The notes below the pieces were generated by a model that had not been told where the DNA came from, made no database searches, and saw nothing but the letters and a program-made list of their open reading frames with translations. A stretch of DNA of 64,000 nucleotides from Nannocystis bainbridge (GTDB lineage: Bacteria; Myxococcota_A; Polyangia; Nannocystales; Nannocystaceae): the NCBI RefSeq assembly GCF_028368995.1, contig NZ_JAQNDL010000005.1:192001-256000 (forward strand), written 5' to 3'. The position numbers and the translations under genes are program-made. Each line of letters begins with the position of its first letter. The stretch's first letter is position 1. Below, piece by piece: positions 21,202 to 31,117 of this stretch.

Positions 21202-22289
21202 GCGAGAAGTCCTATCAGCCTGTGCGCGGCGACATCCTCGTCGTCGACGACACCCTCGTCAACCTGCGGATCTTGACCGAGATGCTAGCCGCGCAGGGCT
21301 ACAAGGTGCGGCCGGTGACCTCGGGTCCGCAGGCGCTGCAGGCCGCAGCCGCGGCCGCGCCGGACCTCGTACTCCTCGACATCAACATGCCGGGCATGAC
21401 CGGCTACGAGGTGTGCCAGCAGCTCAAGGCCCAGACCGACACGCGCGACGTGCCGGTCATCTTCATGAGCGCCCGCGACGAGGTGCTCGACAAGATCCGC
21501 GCCTTCGAGGTCGGCGGCGTCGACTACGTCACCAAGCCGTTCCACCTCGAGGAGCTGCTCGCTCGCGTCGCCACCCACGTGTCGCTGCGGGCCCTCCAGC
21601 GCCAGCTGGAGGACGCGCGGCTGCTGGCCGAGAGCGCCGCCGCGGCGCTCGCCGACGAGAAGCGGCGCAGCGACGACCTGCTCTACAGCATGCTACCGCA
21701 GAGCGTCGCCAACACCCTCCGCGAGGGCCGCAGCGTCGTCGGTGACCACTACCCGCAGGTCACCGTGCTGTTCTGCGACATCGTCGACTACACGCGGGCC
21801 GCCAGCGATCACTCGCCGCTCGAGGTGTTCGAGCTGCTCGGCCGGATCTACACCCGCTTCGACGCGCTGATCGAGCGCCACCCGGTCTACAAGATCGAGA
21901 CCGTCGGCGACTGCTACGTCATCGCCGGCGGCGTGCCCGACCCCAACCCGCGCCACGCCGACGCGATCTGCGACGTCGCCCTCGACATGGTCGAGGCCAT
22001 CGACGGCATGGCCCTGCCGACCGGCGCGCCGCTGCAGATCCGGATCGGCATCAACTCGGGCCCGGTGGTCGCCGGCGTGGTCGGGACCAAGATGCCGCGG
22101 TTCTGTCTGTACGGCGACACGGTCAACATCGCCAGCCGGATGGAGACCACCAGCCAGCCGATGCACATCCAGATCAGCCAGTCGACGCACGCGCTGATCG
22201 ACCCGAGCCGCTACAACGTCGAGGAGCGCGGCGAGATCGCGCTCAAGGGCCGCGGCAACATGCGGACCTACTTCGTGCGCCGTCGCTGA
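21198..22289 (+). CDS. REC + class III adenylate/guanylate cyclase
   Basis: ILVVDD...LLDINMP; VLFCDIVDYT, KIETVGDCY, RFCLYGDTVNIASRME. Confidence 0.93.
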   Translation: MSEKSYQPVRGDILVVDDTLVNLRILTEMLAAQGYKVRPVTSGPQALQAAAAAAPDLVLLDINMPGMTGYEVCQQLKAQTDTRDVPVIFMSARDEVLDKIRAFEVGGVDYVTKPFHLEELLARVATHVSLRALQRQLEDARLLAESAAAALADEKRRSDDLLYSMLPQSVANTLREGRSVVGDHYPQVTVLFCDIVDYTRAASDHSPLEVFELLGRIYTRFDALIERHPVYKIETVGDCYVIAGGVPDPNPRHADAICDVALDMVEAIDGMALPTGAPLQIRIGINSGPVVAGVVGTKMPRFCLYGDTVNIASRMETTSQPMHIQISQSTHALIDPSRYNVEERGEIALKGRGNMRTYFVRRR

Positions 22290-22343
22290 GGTCGTTCGCG
22301 CGCGCGAGCGCGGCCGTGCGCCTCCACGCCGGCGAACCCCGCG

Positions 22344-22352
22344 TGGTAGGCT
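22344..22352 (+). promoter_or_regulatory. Possible extended -10 promoter (TGgTAGGCT)
   Basis: Matches TGnTAnnnT about 6 nt before the structured leader. Confidence 0.35.
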
Positions 22353-22358
22353 CGTCGG

Positions 22359-22441
22359 GCCGCCCGCGGGACTTCCGTTCGACTTCCGAATTCGGCCTTT
22401 GTAGCTGCACCAAGCAGTCGAGCACTCCTTCCCCGGGCGGC
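22359..22441 (+). ncRNA. Putative structured RNA/leader upstream of the TROVE-like gene
   Basis: Outer stem gccgcccg[c]ggga/tccccgggcggc with one bulged C; inner stem gttcgact/agtcgagc. Confidence 0.45.
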
Positions 22442-22454
22442 GCTACCTGTCCCG

Positions 22455-23921
22455 ATGATCATGTCCGTGCAGACCCGCCACGCCGCCGCCGCGCGGGTCA
22501 CCTGCGAGGACCTGGTGCTGTTCCTCAACGCCTGCTTCTGCTGCACCGGCCAGCGCGAGTTCTACAGCGACGGCCACGCGCAGACCGTCTCGATCGAGTT
22601 CCTCCACGACTACATCCGCGGCAACTACCGCCGCCTCTACGCCCGCACCCTCGCCGCCGGCGTCAACCACTTCAACCGCGCCCGCATCGTCACCGAGCTG
22701 CTCGCCAGCTCCCGCGACCTCGAGCCTGACGAGCGGCGCGACGAGGGCCGGCTGGTGGTCGCCGCCCTGCGCTCGCTGCCGGCCCCGCGGGCCTACCGGG
22801 CGCTCCTGGGCGTGCGCGCCCGCGGCGTCAACAATCGCCGCCTGCGCGCGATCGTCCGCGAGTTTTTGACAGCGCGGCCGGACCTGCAATTCGACGCCAT
22901 CAAGTACCGCGGCAAGCTGCGCGACCTGATCCTCCACACCCACCTGCGGCTGCCGGGCGAGCTCGGCGGGTTCCTTTTCAAGGGCTGGAAGCAGCGCCGC
23001 TATCAGACCCCGCTGCTCGAGACCTTCCGCAAGGCCCACTTCAGCGACGAGGCGCTCTATGAGCTGCCGTTCACCGTCGCCGAGGGCATGGCCGCCCGCC
23101 GCAAGATCGATCGCGCCGTGTTCCTGCGGAAGATCGCCCCGCGCCTGACCGCCCTCGAGCGGCTGCGCCTGCAGGCCACCGCCGCGCGTGAAGGCGTGAC
23201 CGGGCTGGCGATCGACCTCGCGCGCGCCGGCCTCACCCGGCTCGCGATCTACGTGCTCTCGCTCGCGCCCGCCGACCGCGAGGCCAGGCGGGTCGAGCTG
23301 CAGGCCGCCTTCGACGGCGCCGCCCGTCGTTGCCTGCGCGACGCCCCGCTCGCGCTCGGCCGCGTCGTCGCCGTCCTCGATCGCTCCTACTCGACCACCG
23401 GCTCGCCCGACAAGCCGCGGCGCTCGCTGGCGATCGCGCTCGGCGTCGACGCCCTGCTGCGCGCCGCGAGCACCGACTACCTGGCCTTTTGGACACCTGC
23501 GACGGTCGACCCGCTGCTGGCCGTCCCGCGCGGTCAGACCGACCTCACCGGCCCTCTGCTCGACGCCCTCGAGACCCGGCCCGACCTCGTCGTCGTCGTC
23601 AGCGACGGCTTCGACAACGACCCCACCGGCGGCGCGGGCGAGGTCTGCCGCGTGTTCAAGGCCCGCCTCGATCCCGCGGGCCGCACCACCATCGTCCACA
23701 TCAACCCGGTGTTCGACGCCCCCGAGCTCGGTCCGCGGCGCCTCGGCGCCTCCGTCCCGACCCTCGGCTTGCGCGACGCCGAGGACCTGCCGACCGCGCT
23801 GGCCTTCGCCCGCTTCGCCGCCGGCGACCTCTCGCTCGCCGAGCTCGAGGACTACCTGGCCCGCCGCGTCGAAGTGTTCCTCGGCCGCGCCGCAGCCCCG
23901 GCCCCGGAGGCGGGCGTTTGA
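22455..23921 (+). CDS. TROVE/Ro60-like helical + vWA domain protein
   Basis: C-terminal MIDAS VLDRSYS and VVSDGFDN; basic helical N-terminus. TROVE relationship is an inference. Confidence 0.65.
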   Translation: MIMSVQTRHAAAARVTCEDLVLFLNACFCCTGQREFYSDGHAQTVSIEFLHDYIRGNYRRLYARTLAAGVNHFNRARIVTELLASSRDLEPDERRDEGRLVVAALRSLPAPRAYRALLGVRARGVNNRRLRAIVREFLTARPDLQFDAIKYRGKLRDLILHTHLRLPGELGGFLFKGWKQRRYQTPLLETFRKAHFSDEALYELPFTVAEGMAARRKIDRAVFLRKIAPRLTALERLRLQATAAREGVTGLAIDLARAGLTRLAIYVLSLAPADREARRVELQAAFDGAARRCLRDAPLALGRVVAVLDRSYSTTGSPDKPRRSLAIALGVDALLRAASTDYLAFWTPATVDPLLAVPRGQTDLTGPLLDALETRPDLVVVVSDGFDNDPTGGAGEVCRVFKARLDPAGRTTIVHINPVFDAPELGPRRLGASVPTLGLRDAEDLPTALAFARFAAGDLSLAELEDYLARRVEVFLGRAAAPAPEAGV

Positions 23922-25087
23922 AGTTCGACGAGACCACCCAGGGCCTCGGCCTGCGCGGCCTGCAGGTCGCCCCCGCCCAGGCGTTCGGCGCGGTGCGGCT
24001 CGTCCCCTTGCTCAAAGAACATGTCCGAGAGGACCTGCGCCTCGGGACACATTCGTTCCGCGACCGCCGCCCCCACGCCGTCGGCCTGCGCGGTCAGGCC
24101 GACGCCCCCGATGTCGCCTACTGCTCGTACATCCCGCACGCCTACGTGCTCGACTGGACCGACGACGGCGCCGCCGTGGCCGCTCGCGGCGCCGCCCTGA
24201 CCGACAAGCGGCTCGGCTTGCGCGACGTCGGCGGCGTGCGGGTGCTGCACCGCATGGTCCGCCGCGAGGAGCCGGGCGCCCTGCGGTTCCTCCCGCTGCA
24301 CCTGGCGATGGAGGGCTTCCTGTCGCTGCACTTCGGCGGCCCCGACGTCGCCTGGAGCGAGTACAGCCGCCAGGCGCTGAGCCACGGCCTGTCGCCGCGG
24401 CGCGAGGGCTCGGTCCTCGGCGTCTACGTCCAGGGCCTCGAGGACGCGGTCCGCATGTTCGAGGTCCACGAGCGCCAGGTCGGCTGCCTCGTGTTCGTCG
24501 CCGACGCCCTGGCGGCGATGGTCGTGTTCCCCCACCCCGACGACTACCGCGCCCTGCACCGCAGCCTCGTCCGCGATTTCTTCGGCGAGCTCGTCTATCA
24601 ATACGCGATCCTCTACGACGACGTGCCAGCCCACCGCGTCGCCGTGCGCGAGGCCGAGATCGCCGACCTCGCCGACCTGCGCGCCGCCATCACCCGCGCC
24701 CGCGCCGACTGGACCGCCTTCACCGCCGAGATGGCCGCCGGGGTCCTGCGCGAGAGCTTGCGCTGGCAGACGATCCACCGCGCCGGCCCGTTCCGCCTGC
24801 GCCGCTTCATGTCCGCGCTGCGCCCCGACGAGGACAACCACATCGGCGAGGCGATCGTGCGCGACAGCGGCGAGCTCGAGTACTGCAAGACCTTCCGCCT
24901 GTCGGCGGCCCAGGTCCGGCGCGCCTACTTGCTCGAAAAGCTGGCCCAGAACCTGTGGGATCTCGCGCGCACCGCCGAGGCGCTCGGCGTCACCGTCCCG
25001 GCCCTGCTGGTCCGCCTGCGCAACGCCGGGTTCGCCTACTTGTTCAAGGAACATGTCCTGAAGAACCTGCCCCCCGGGACGGTTTAG
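23918..25087 (+). CDS. ARPP-2-like domain protein with C-terminal Fis-type HTH
   Basis: TTG start overlapping the upstream stop; APAQAFGAVRLVPL, RFLPLHLAMEGFL, WDLARTAEALGVT. Confidence 0.65.
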   Translation: MKFDETTQGLGLRGLQVAPAQAFGAVRLVPLLKEHVREDLRLGTHSFRDRRPHAVGLRGQADAPDVAYCSYIPHAYVLDWTDDGAAVAARGAALTDKRLGLRDVGGVRVLHRMVRREEPGALRFLPLHLAMEGFLSLHFGGPDVAWSEYSRQALSHGLSPRREGSVLGVYVQGLEDAVRMFEVHERQVGCLVFVADALAAMVVFPHPDDYRALHRSLVRDFFGELVYQYAILYDDVPAHRVAVREAEIADLADLRAAITRARADWTAFTAEMAAGVLRESLRWQTIHRAGPFRLRRFMSALRPDEDNHIGEAIVRDSGELEYCKTFRLSAAQVRRAYLLEKLAQNLWDLARTAEALGVTVPALLVRLRNAGFAYLFKEHVLKNLPPGTV

Positions 25088-25377
25088 CCCTCCAGCGCCG
25101 CCTTGAGCTCGCGCGCCGGCTTGAACCGGACCGTCTCGGCGCGGGGGATCTCGATCGCCTCGCCTGTCTTCGGGTTGCGCCCGGGCCGCGCTTGCGTCAC
25201 GTGCACCGCGAACGAACCGAAATTCGGGTGAACATAGCGCCCCTCCCGCCGCAGGCTCTCGACGACCCCGGCGAACACCGCGTCGACCACCTTGCCCGTC
25301 GCCCCCACGGACAGCTCCGGCCCGCCGCTCTCCTCGAGCTGGCGGCGGATCGTCTCGATCAATTCCTTGCGCGTCAT
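25084..25377 (-). CDS. HU/IHF family DNA-binding protein
   Basis: MTRKELI, NFGSF, ARPGRNPKTGEAIEIP, FKPARELK. Confidence 0.95.
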   Translation of the reverse strand: MTRKELIETIRRQLEESGGPELSVGATGKVVDAVFAGVVESLRREGRYVHPNFGSFAVHVTQARPGRNPKTGEAIEIPRAETVRFKPARELKAALEG

Positions 25378-25999
25378 GGCCTGAGGCTAGCAGGCCCGAC
25401 CTGCGTGAAGGGCGCACCTCCGGCAGTGTGGCCGGTCGGCCACGCAGGGCCCGCCGCGCGATCTCTCGCGGCGCCGGCGGTGGAATTCGTCGTCGTTGCA
25501 GATGCATTCACCGCTGCACGCGCTGCCTCGGCGTCACCGCGAACAATGTCTGTCTGCGCATACACAACCGGTGCTCCGGTCCGGGCGGCACCCGGCGCCG
25601 GCGCATGAGGCCGCCCAATCAATGAGGCTCTAAGGTATTGTCGGCTGGATCGGAGCCTTGACGCAAAGTGGCGAAGCTTGCCTTGATTGTATCGAGCCTC
25701 ACAAATGTTTCTTCGGACGGGCCCTGGTCGCCCGCCGAGGGCCCGCGGGTCCCGATCCATGCTTGTACAATCAATCTTGACCCGCCACTATACATCTGAG
25801 CATGATTGCAACCTGCTACCTCGAGCGTTAGCGTCGAAGTTGCTCTAGGGTCATTGAAGCGTGGACTTCTCAACTCCGGTGCATCCAGACCGGTCGCGTC
25901 ATGGCCCTTCGGGCCGATACCCTTCATGCCCTGCGAAGCGGTCACACCCTGGGCCACCGCACCAGGCACTCCACGGACCAGCTACCCCGTCGGCCACCC

Positions 26000-26281
26000 A
26001 TGACCAGCACTGCCAAATTCGCCCTGGGTTTCTCCCTCAGCCTGGCTCTCGGTACTGGCGTGTTGTCGCAGCCCGTCGAGCCCTCGGCCGGCTGGTTCGG
26101 CAACTGCCTCATCTGTAAGTGGGATCCCTGGGGCGGCCCGGCGTTCTGCGCCACCACCTCCGGCAAGGGTTGGTGGGGCTGCTACGCCACCGGTTACAAG
26201 TGTCTCAATGGCGGCCAGCCGTGCGGCAAGAAGGCTCCCACGCCCGCCGCCACCGGCGAAGCCGGCCCACAAACCCCCTGA
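26000..26281 (+). CDS. Small secreted 6-Cys, Trp/Gly-rich peptide
   Basis: Signal peptide followed by C-x2-C-x10-C-x10-C-x6-C-x6-C. Confidence 0.7.
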   Translation: MTSTAKFALGFSLSLALGTGVLSQPVEPSAGWFGNCLICKWDPWGGPAFCATTSGKGWWGCYATGYKCLNGGQPCGKKAPTPAATGEAGPQTP

Positions 26282-26317
26282 GCCCCGAACGAAGCACACG
26301 GAAGCGGCTGGTTCGGA

Positions 26318-27121
26318 ATGTCGACAAGGAAGTTGATCTGCACCCTCGCGGGTCTCGCCGCCGTCTGCGCGCTGCTGTCGTACGCGGCGAGCGAGCGCCT
26401 CGGCGGCCTCCGCGGCGGCTCCACGGCCTCGGCCGCGGCCCATCACGCCGGCCCTGGGTACGGCTCCTATCTGCAGATCGCCGGCGTCCCGGCGCGAGAC
26501 TACGACGCCGCCAACGCCGGGGCTCACCGCGACGGTGACGCCTGGGTCCTCGGCGACGTCGACCTCGAGGCCGTGCGCGCCGCCGCGGCCGCGCCGCAGG
26601 ACCTCGATCGCTTGGCCGAGGCCGACCCCAAGTGGATCCCGACCCAGACGTGGAAGATGCGCCACGGCGGCGCCAGCCCGTTCGCCCTCGCCAAGGAGCA
26701 CTGCAGCGCCCGTCACCTCGCGCGCATGGAGGCCATGTGCAAGGCCGACATCAGCGTCGTCGTCGAGCGCCAGGGCGCCGGCGAGGGCCACGTCGTCTAC
26801 GCCCGCCCTGCGCTCGGTGACGGCGCCACCGACGACTGCCGCGCCTACGCCGACTGCATCGCCCGCGACGCCTGGCTCGACCGCGCCACCCCGCTGCCGG
26901 ACGGCCCGGACCCGCTCCACGCGTTCCAGGCCGGCGACATCCGCCTGCCGATGCACGGCACGCGCGACGAGTGGCAGGTCAGCCTGCACTCGGAGATCGA
27001 GCTCGTGACGGACAACCTCGCCGCGATCCGCCAGCTCGACCTGGCCGATCCGCAGATCCGTCAGAGCCTCGACCTGCAGCAGGATCTGCTCGAGCAGCTC
27101 GAGTGGATGGCCGCCCTGTGA
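26318..27121 (+). CDS. Exported hypothetical protein
   Basis: N-terminal signal/TM, paired Cys, GC3 bias. Confidence 0.75.
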   Translation: MSTRKLICTLAGLAAVCALLSYAASERLGGLRGGSTASAAAHHAGPGYGSYLQIAGVPARDYDAANAGAHRDGDAWVLGDVDLEAVRAAAAAPQDLDRLAEADPKWIPTQTWKMRHGGASPFALAKEHCSARHLARMEAMCKADISVVVERQGAGEGHVVYARPALGDGATDDCRAYADCIARDAWLDRATPLPDGPDPLHAFQAGDIRLPMHGTRDEWQVSLHSEIELVTDNLAAIRQLDLADPQIRQSLDLQQDLLEQLEWMAAL

Positions 27122-27714
27122 CCAGCCCGCTCCGCCGCCATCGCCCCCTCGTCGCCGGTCTGATCGCCGGGCTCCTCGTCGCCGTCGCTACCGCGTGGCT
27201 GCTCGACCCGGCCCGCTGGCTGCGCCCCGGCGTCGGTCGCGTCTACGTCATCGGCACCTGCTCGTACAGCAAGGCCGCCCTCGACATCCTGCGCGCCGAC
27301 CCCGACGCCCCGTTCGTGCCGCTGGTCCTGCCCGCCGAAGTCCCCGAGTTCGAGGCCGACGCCTGCGACGAGGCCCGCGCCCGCCTGCAACGCGGCGGCG
27401 CCTTCTGGCTGGCCGTGCTCCCGCGCAGCTACGTGTGCCGGCGCCTCTCCGACCTCGCGGCCGCCCGCTTCACCGCCGAGACCACCGGCGAGGGCTACCC
27501 CGCGTGGGTCAGCGCCCAGGGCGAGTTCGTCGGCCTCGGCGTCGACCCGCGCCAGATCGCCGCGCTCGGTTTGACCCCGCCGCCGGCCGTGGTCCGCTTC
27601 TGGATCGAGGGCGGATACGAGCGCGCCCTCGTCGAGTCGCTCGGCTTCGTCGTCCCGGACGGCACCGTCCAGGGCCCCCGCCAGCCAGCGCCGATGGCCT
27701 CCCCCATCGAGTGA
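27118..27714 (+). CDS. Membrane-anchored protein with a glutaredoxin-like CxxS motif
   Basis: GTG overlapping the upstream TGA; TM, then VYVIGTCSYSKAA and GYPAW (cis-Pro-like). Confidence 0.6.
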   Translation: MTSPLRRHRPLVAGLIAGLLVAVATAWLLDPARWLRPGVGRVYVIGTCSYSKAALDILRADPDAPFVPLVLPAEVPEFEADACDEARARLQRGGAFWLAVLPRSYVCRRLSDLAAARFTAETTGEGYPAWVSAQGEFVGLGVDPRQIAALGLTPPPAVVRFWIEGGYERALVESLGFVVPDGTVQGPRQPAPMASPIE

Positions 27715-27724
27715 GCCGTCCGAG

Positions 27725-27845
27725 GGGACATGTTCTCCAGAACATGTCCCCGCGGTCATGTCCACCCGACCTGCGCCATCGAGCATGCCCTCTCGGTCAT
27801 GTCCTCATCGACATGTCCTCTCGAACATGCCCTCTCAGACATCTG
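27725..27845. repeat. 14-bp-period GGACATGTCC-type array
   Basis: Cores at 27729, 27743, 27757, 27770, 27784, 27798, 27812, 27826, 27840. Confidence 0.85.
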
Positions 27846-27970
27846 GCCCGAGCAACCTTCATCCTCCCGCCGCGCTAGCTGAACTGTGGCGGCCGACAGT
27901 CAGAGCGCCACGCGCCCGCATCGCGACCGCGCACCGCCGTGCGCCCGAGCCCGCAGCGCGACCAGCCGCC

Positions 27971-28378
27971 TCACCCGCGCTCGAGCGCGTCGGCGGCTTG
28001 CAGCGCCACGAAGCTCCACGCGAACAGACCCAGCCCGACCAGCACGGCGACGCGCAGCCCGGTGGCGAGCGCGTAGCAGACATGGAGCCCGGCGCAGGCG
28101 GCGAACAGGCGCCAGCGCGCGCGTGAGGGTCGTCGCGTCAGCACGCCGGCGGCCAGCGCCGCGACCGCCGAGAAGTACCCCAGCCACAGCCAGCCCGCGG
28201 CCGGGACCGCCGGCAGGGCGCCAGCCTGGAGCCCGGCGGCGATCTGCTCGATCACGCTGTGCTGTTCGCAGAGGTCGATCACCGGCAGGGCCGCGCAGGC
28301 GAGCCCGAACGGCGCCGCCGCGCGACGCACGGCCTCGCGCTGCCAGCGTTCGGTGATGTCCTCCCGCCCCTCGGGCAC
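27971..28378 (-). CDS. Small integral membrane protein
   Basis: 3-4 hydrophobic segments; start uncertain. Confidence 0.55.
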   Translation of the reverse strand: MPEGREDITERWQREAVRRAAAPFGLACAALPVIDLCEQHSVIEQIAAGLQAGALPAVPAAGWLWLGYFSAVAALAAGVLTRRPSRARWRLFAACAGLHVCYALATGLRVAVLVGLGLFAWSFVALQAADALERG

Positions 28379-28458
28379 GACCCTCACCCTACTGCGCCGC
28401 GCCGGCGAACGCACGCGCGCGCGCAAAAACGCCCGCACCGCCGTCGATCGCCCCGGCT

Positions 28459-29472
28459 ATGATGGTCGGGATGGCCGAGGCGCACGGACGAGACGACGAC
28501 GACAAGCCGAGCCGCGCGACACGCATCCTGTCCGCGCCGGCCGAGCCGAGGGCCTCCTTCGCCGCGACCTTCAAGGCGATGTTCCGCGAGCTCCACCCGA
28601 TCTACGCCGCCTTCGACAAGGACGGCCTGCTGTGCGTCGCGGCCCGCGAGGACGGCAAGATCGCCTCCTACGTCCACCTGCCGATCCTCAGCGAGCAGGG
28701 CGCCTTCGGCGTCATCGGCCGCCACGAGTGCTGCGCGCTCACCCTCCACGACGAGGAGGTCTCGCTGCGCCACGCCCTCGTGCGCGTCAGCCAGCAGGGC
28801 CTCGGCGAGGCCCGCGTGCGCCTCATCGACCTCGACTCCTCGAACACCTTCCGCACCGAGGACGGCCAGATGTGCAAGTCGGTCCTCGCCGAGGGCCCGC
28901 TGTTCGTGCACCTGCTCGACTACCAGCTGTTCCTGTTCCCGACCGGCACGCTGGCGCCGAGTCGCTGGGAGAGCAGCGCCGACGCGACCTGGCAGTCCTT
29001 CCCCGAGCGCGTCTACCTCGACCACCGGATCCCCGAGCGCGTCAATCGTGAGCAGCGGCGGCCGCAGCCCGCCGGTCGGGCCCGCCGGCACACGTACATG
29101 ACGCTGCTCCCGGCCGCCCAGCACTTGCGCGCCAAGCCGGGCGCCGGCGGTCGGGTCGTCGGCACCATCCTGCTCGCCGCCGAGAACACCCAGATCGCCC
29201 ATCGCGTCTCGGCCGAGGATCTCGAGCGCGGCATGCTGATCGGCCGCTACGAGCGCTGTCAGCTGGCCGGCGCCAGCCACAGCCTGTCGCGCGTCCACCT
29301 GGTCCTGCTGCTCGACGAGAACGACATCTGGGCCGTCGACACCGCCAGCCTCAACGGCACCATCGTCGACGGTCAGAAGATCAGCGCGATCGTGCTCGAC
29401 CGCGAGATCGAGCTCAAGCTGCCCGCCGGCATGGGCATGCGCTGGGTCCCCGAGCACATCCCGCCGGCCTAG
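28459..29472 (+). CDS. Double FHA-domain protein
   Basis: IGRHECC...VSLRHA...DLDSSN and IGRYERC...SRVH...DTASLNGT. Confidence 0.85.
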   Translation: MMVGMAEAHGRDDDDKPSRATRILSAPAEPRASFAATFKAMFRELHPIYAAFDKDGLLCVAAREDGKIASYVHLPILSEQGAFGVIGRHECCALTLHDEEVSLRHALVRVSQQGLGEARVRLIDLDSSNTFRTEDGQMCKSVLAEGPLFVHLLDYQLFLFPTGTLAPSRWESSADATWQSFPERVYLDHRIPERVNREQRRPQPAGRARRHTYMTLLPAAQHLRAKPGAGGRVVGTILLAAENTQIAHRVSAEDLERGMLIGRYERCQLAGASHSLSRVHLVLLLDENDIWAVDTASLNGTIVDGQKISAIVLDREIELKLPAGMGMRWVPEHIPPA

Positions 29473-29617
29473 GCGCGAGCTCCCCGCGACGCGCGATCGA
29501 CGGGAGGCCCCTCGTCAGCCGCGTGATCGCCACGACATGCGCGGCGGTCCCCGCTCCCCGGCTCGCGCCTGCATGGTCGGCGCGGCCTGGTAAGCTTGCC
29601 GCGTCCGAGGGACCCGC

Positions 29618-31087
29618 GTGACCGCCGAGCTCAACCTGTCCTCTTCGCCATCTGGTTTCGTCTCCGCCCGGTCGGGCGGCCTCGAATTCGACGTCGTCGT
29701 GCTCGGCTCCGGCCCCGGCGGCGAGGGGGCCGCCATGCTGGCGGCCAAGGCCGGCCGGCGCGTCGCCCTCGTCGAGCGGTACCGGGCGGTCGGCGGCGCC
29801 TGCACCCACCTCGGCACGATCCCCAGCAAGGCCCTGCGCGAGGCCGTGCGCACGCTGAAGAGCGTGCGCCAGAACCCCATGTTCGCCGACCTCGTCGCCG
29901 GCCACGTCGTCACCTTCCCCCAGCTCCTCACCGGCGCCCGGCGGATCATCGACAGCCAGGTCGAGCTGCGGCGCAGCTTCTATCACCGCAACCACGTCGA
30001 GGTCTTCACCGGCCACGCCCGCTTCGTCGACCCGCACACCGTCGAGATCGAGGAGCCCGGCGGCGCCCGCCCGCGCCTGCGCGCCGGCGGCTTCGTCATC
30101 GCCACCGGCTCGCGCCCGTATCGACCGCCGGACGTCGACTTCACGCACCCGCGGATCTTCGACAGCGACACCATCCTCGGCCTCGGCGTCCACGGCCGCG
30201 AGCGCGTCCCGCAGTCGATCACCATCTACGGCGCCGGCGTCGTCGGCTGCGAGTACGCCTCGATCTTCCGCGGCCTCGAGATGAAGGTCAATCTCGTCAA
30301 CAACCGCGACAAGCTGCTCGCCTTCCTCGACGACGAGATCATCGACGCGCTCTCGTACCACCTGCGCGACCAGGGCGTGCTGATCCGCCACAACGAGACC
30401 TACGAGCGCATCGAGCCCCAGCCTGACGGCGTCGTCGTCCACCTCAAGTCGGGCAAGCGGCTGCGCTCCGACATCCTGCTGTGGGCCAACGGTCGCACCG
30501 GCAACACCCAGGACATGGGCCTCGAGGCGATCGGCATCCAGCCCAACGGCCGCGGCCAGATCGACGTCGACGACGTCTACCGCACCCGCATCCACCCGCA
30601 CGTCTACGCCGTCGGCGACGTCGTCGGCCCCCCGAGCCTCGCCTCCGCCGCTTACGATCAGGGCCGCTTCGCCATGACCCACCTGATCCACGGCGAGTGC
30701 GACGCCCGGCTCGTCAAGGACATCCCGACCGGCATCTACACCGATCCCGAGATCAGCTCGGTCGGCCGCACCGAGCGCGAGCTGACCCAGGACGGCGTGC
30801 CCTACGAGGTCGGCCACGCCCTGTTCCGCAACCTCGCCCGCGCCCAGATCACCGGCATGCGCGTCGGCGTGCTCAAGCTGCTGTTCCACCGCGAGACCCT
30901 GCAGATCCTCGGCGTCCACTGCTTCGGCGATCAGGCCGCCGAGATCATCCACATCGGCCAGGCGATCATGGCCCAGAGCGGCGAGGCCAACAACCTGCGC
31001 TACTTCATCAACACCACCTTCAACTATCCGACGATGGCCGAGGCCTACCGGGTCGCCGCCCTCAACGGCTACAACCGCGTGTTCTAG
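29618..31087 (+). CDS. sthA: Soluble pyridine nucleotide transhydrogenase
   Basis: [52 protein letters not shown]. Confidence 0.95.
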   Translation: MTAELNLSSSPSGFVSARSGGLEFDVVVLGSGPGGEGAAMLAAKAGRRVALVERYRAVGGACTHLGTIPSKALREAVRTLKSVRQNPMFADLVAGHVVTFPQLLTGARRIIDSQVELRRSFYHRNHVEVFTGHARFVDPHTVEIEEPGGARPRLRAGGFVIATGSRPYRPPDVDFTHPRIFDSDTILGLGVHGRERVPQSITIYGAGVVGCEYASIFRGLEMKVNLVNNRDKLLAFLDDEIIDALSYHLRDQGVLIRHNETYERIEPQPDGVVVHLKSGKRLRSDILLWANGRTGNTQDMGLEAIGIQPNGRGQIDVDDVYRTRIHPHVYAVGDVVGPPSLASAAYDQGRFAMTHLIHGECDARLVKDIPTGIYTDPEISSVGRTERELTQDGVPYEVGHALFRNLARAQITGMRVGVLKLLFHRETLQILGVHCFGDQAAEIIHIGQAIMAQSGEANNLRYFINTTFNYPTMAEAYRVAALNGYNRVF

Positions 31088-31117
31088 GCCCGGCGCTTCG
31101 TCGGCAGAGGTCGCGCC

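Noticed and set aside
25619-25969. 116-aa minus-strand ORF in the lower-GC region
   Set aside because: Atypical codon usage and no recognisable motif
27725-27845. 14-bp arrays as CRISPR or simple VNTR
   Set aside because: The period is too short for CRISPR, and units share only the dyad core
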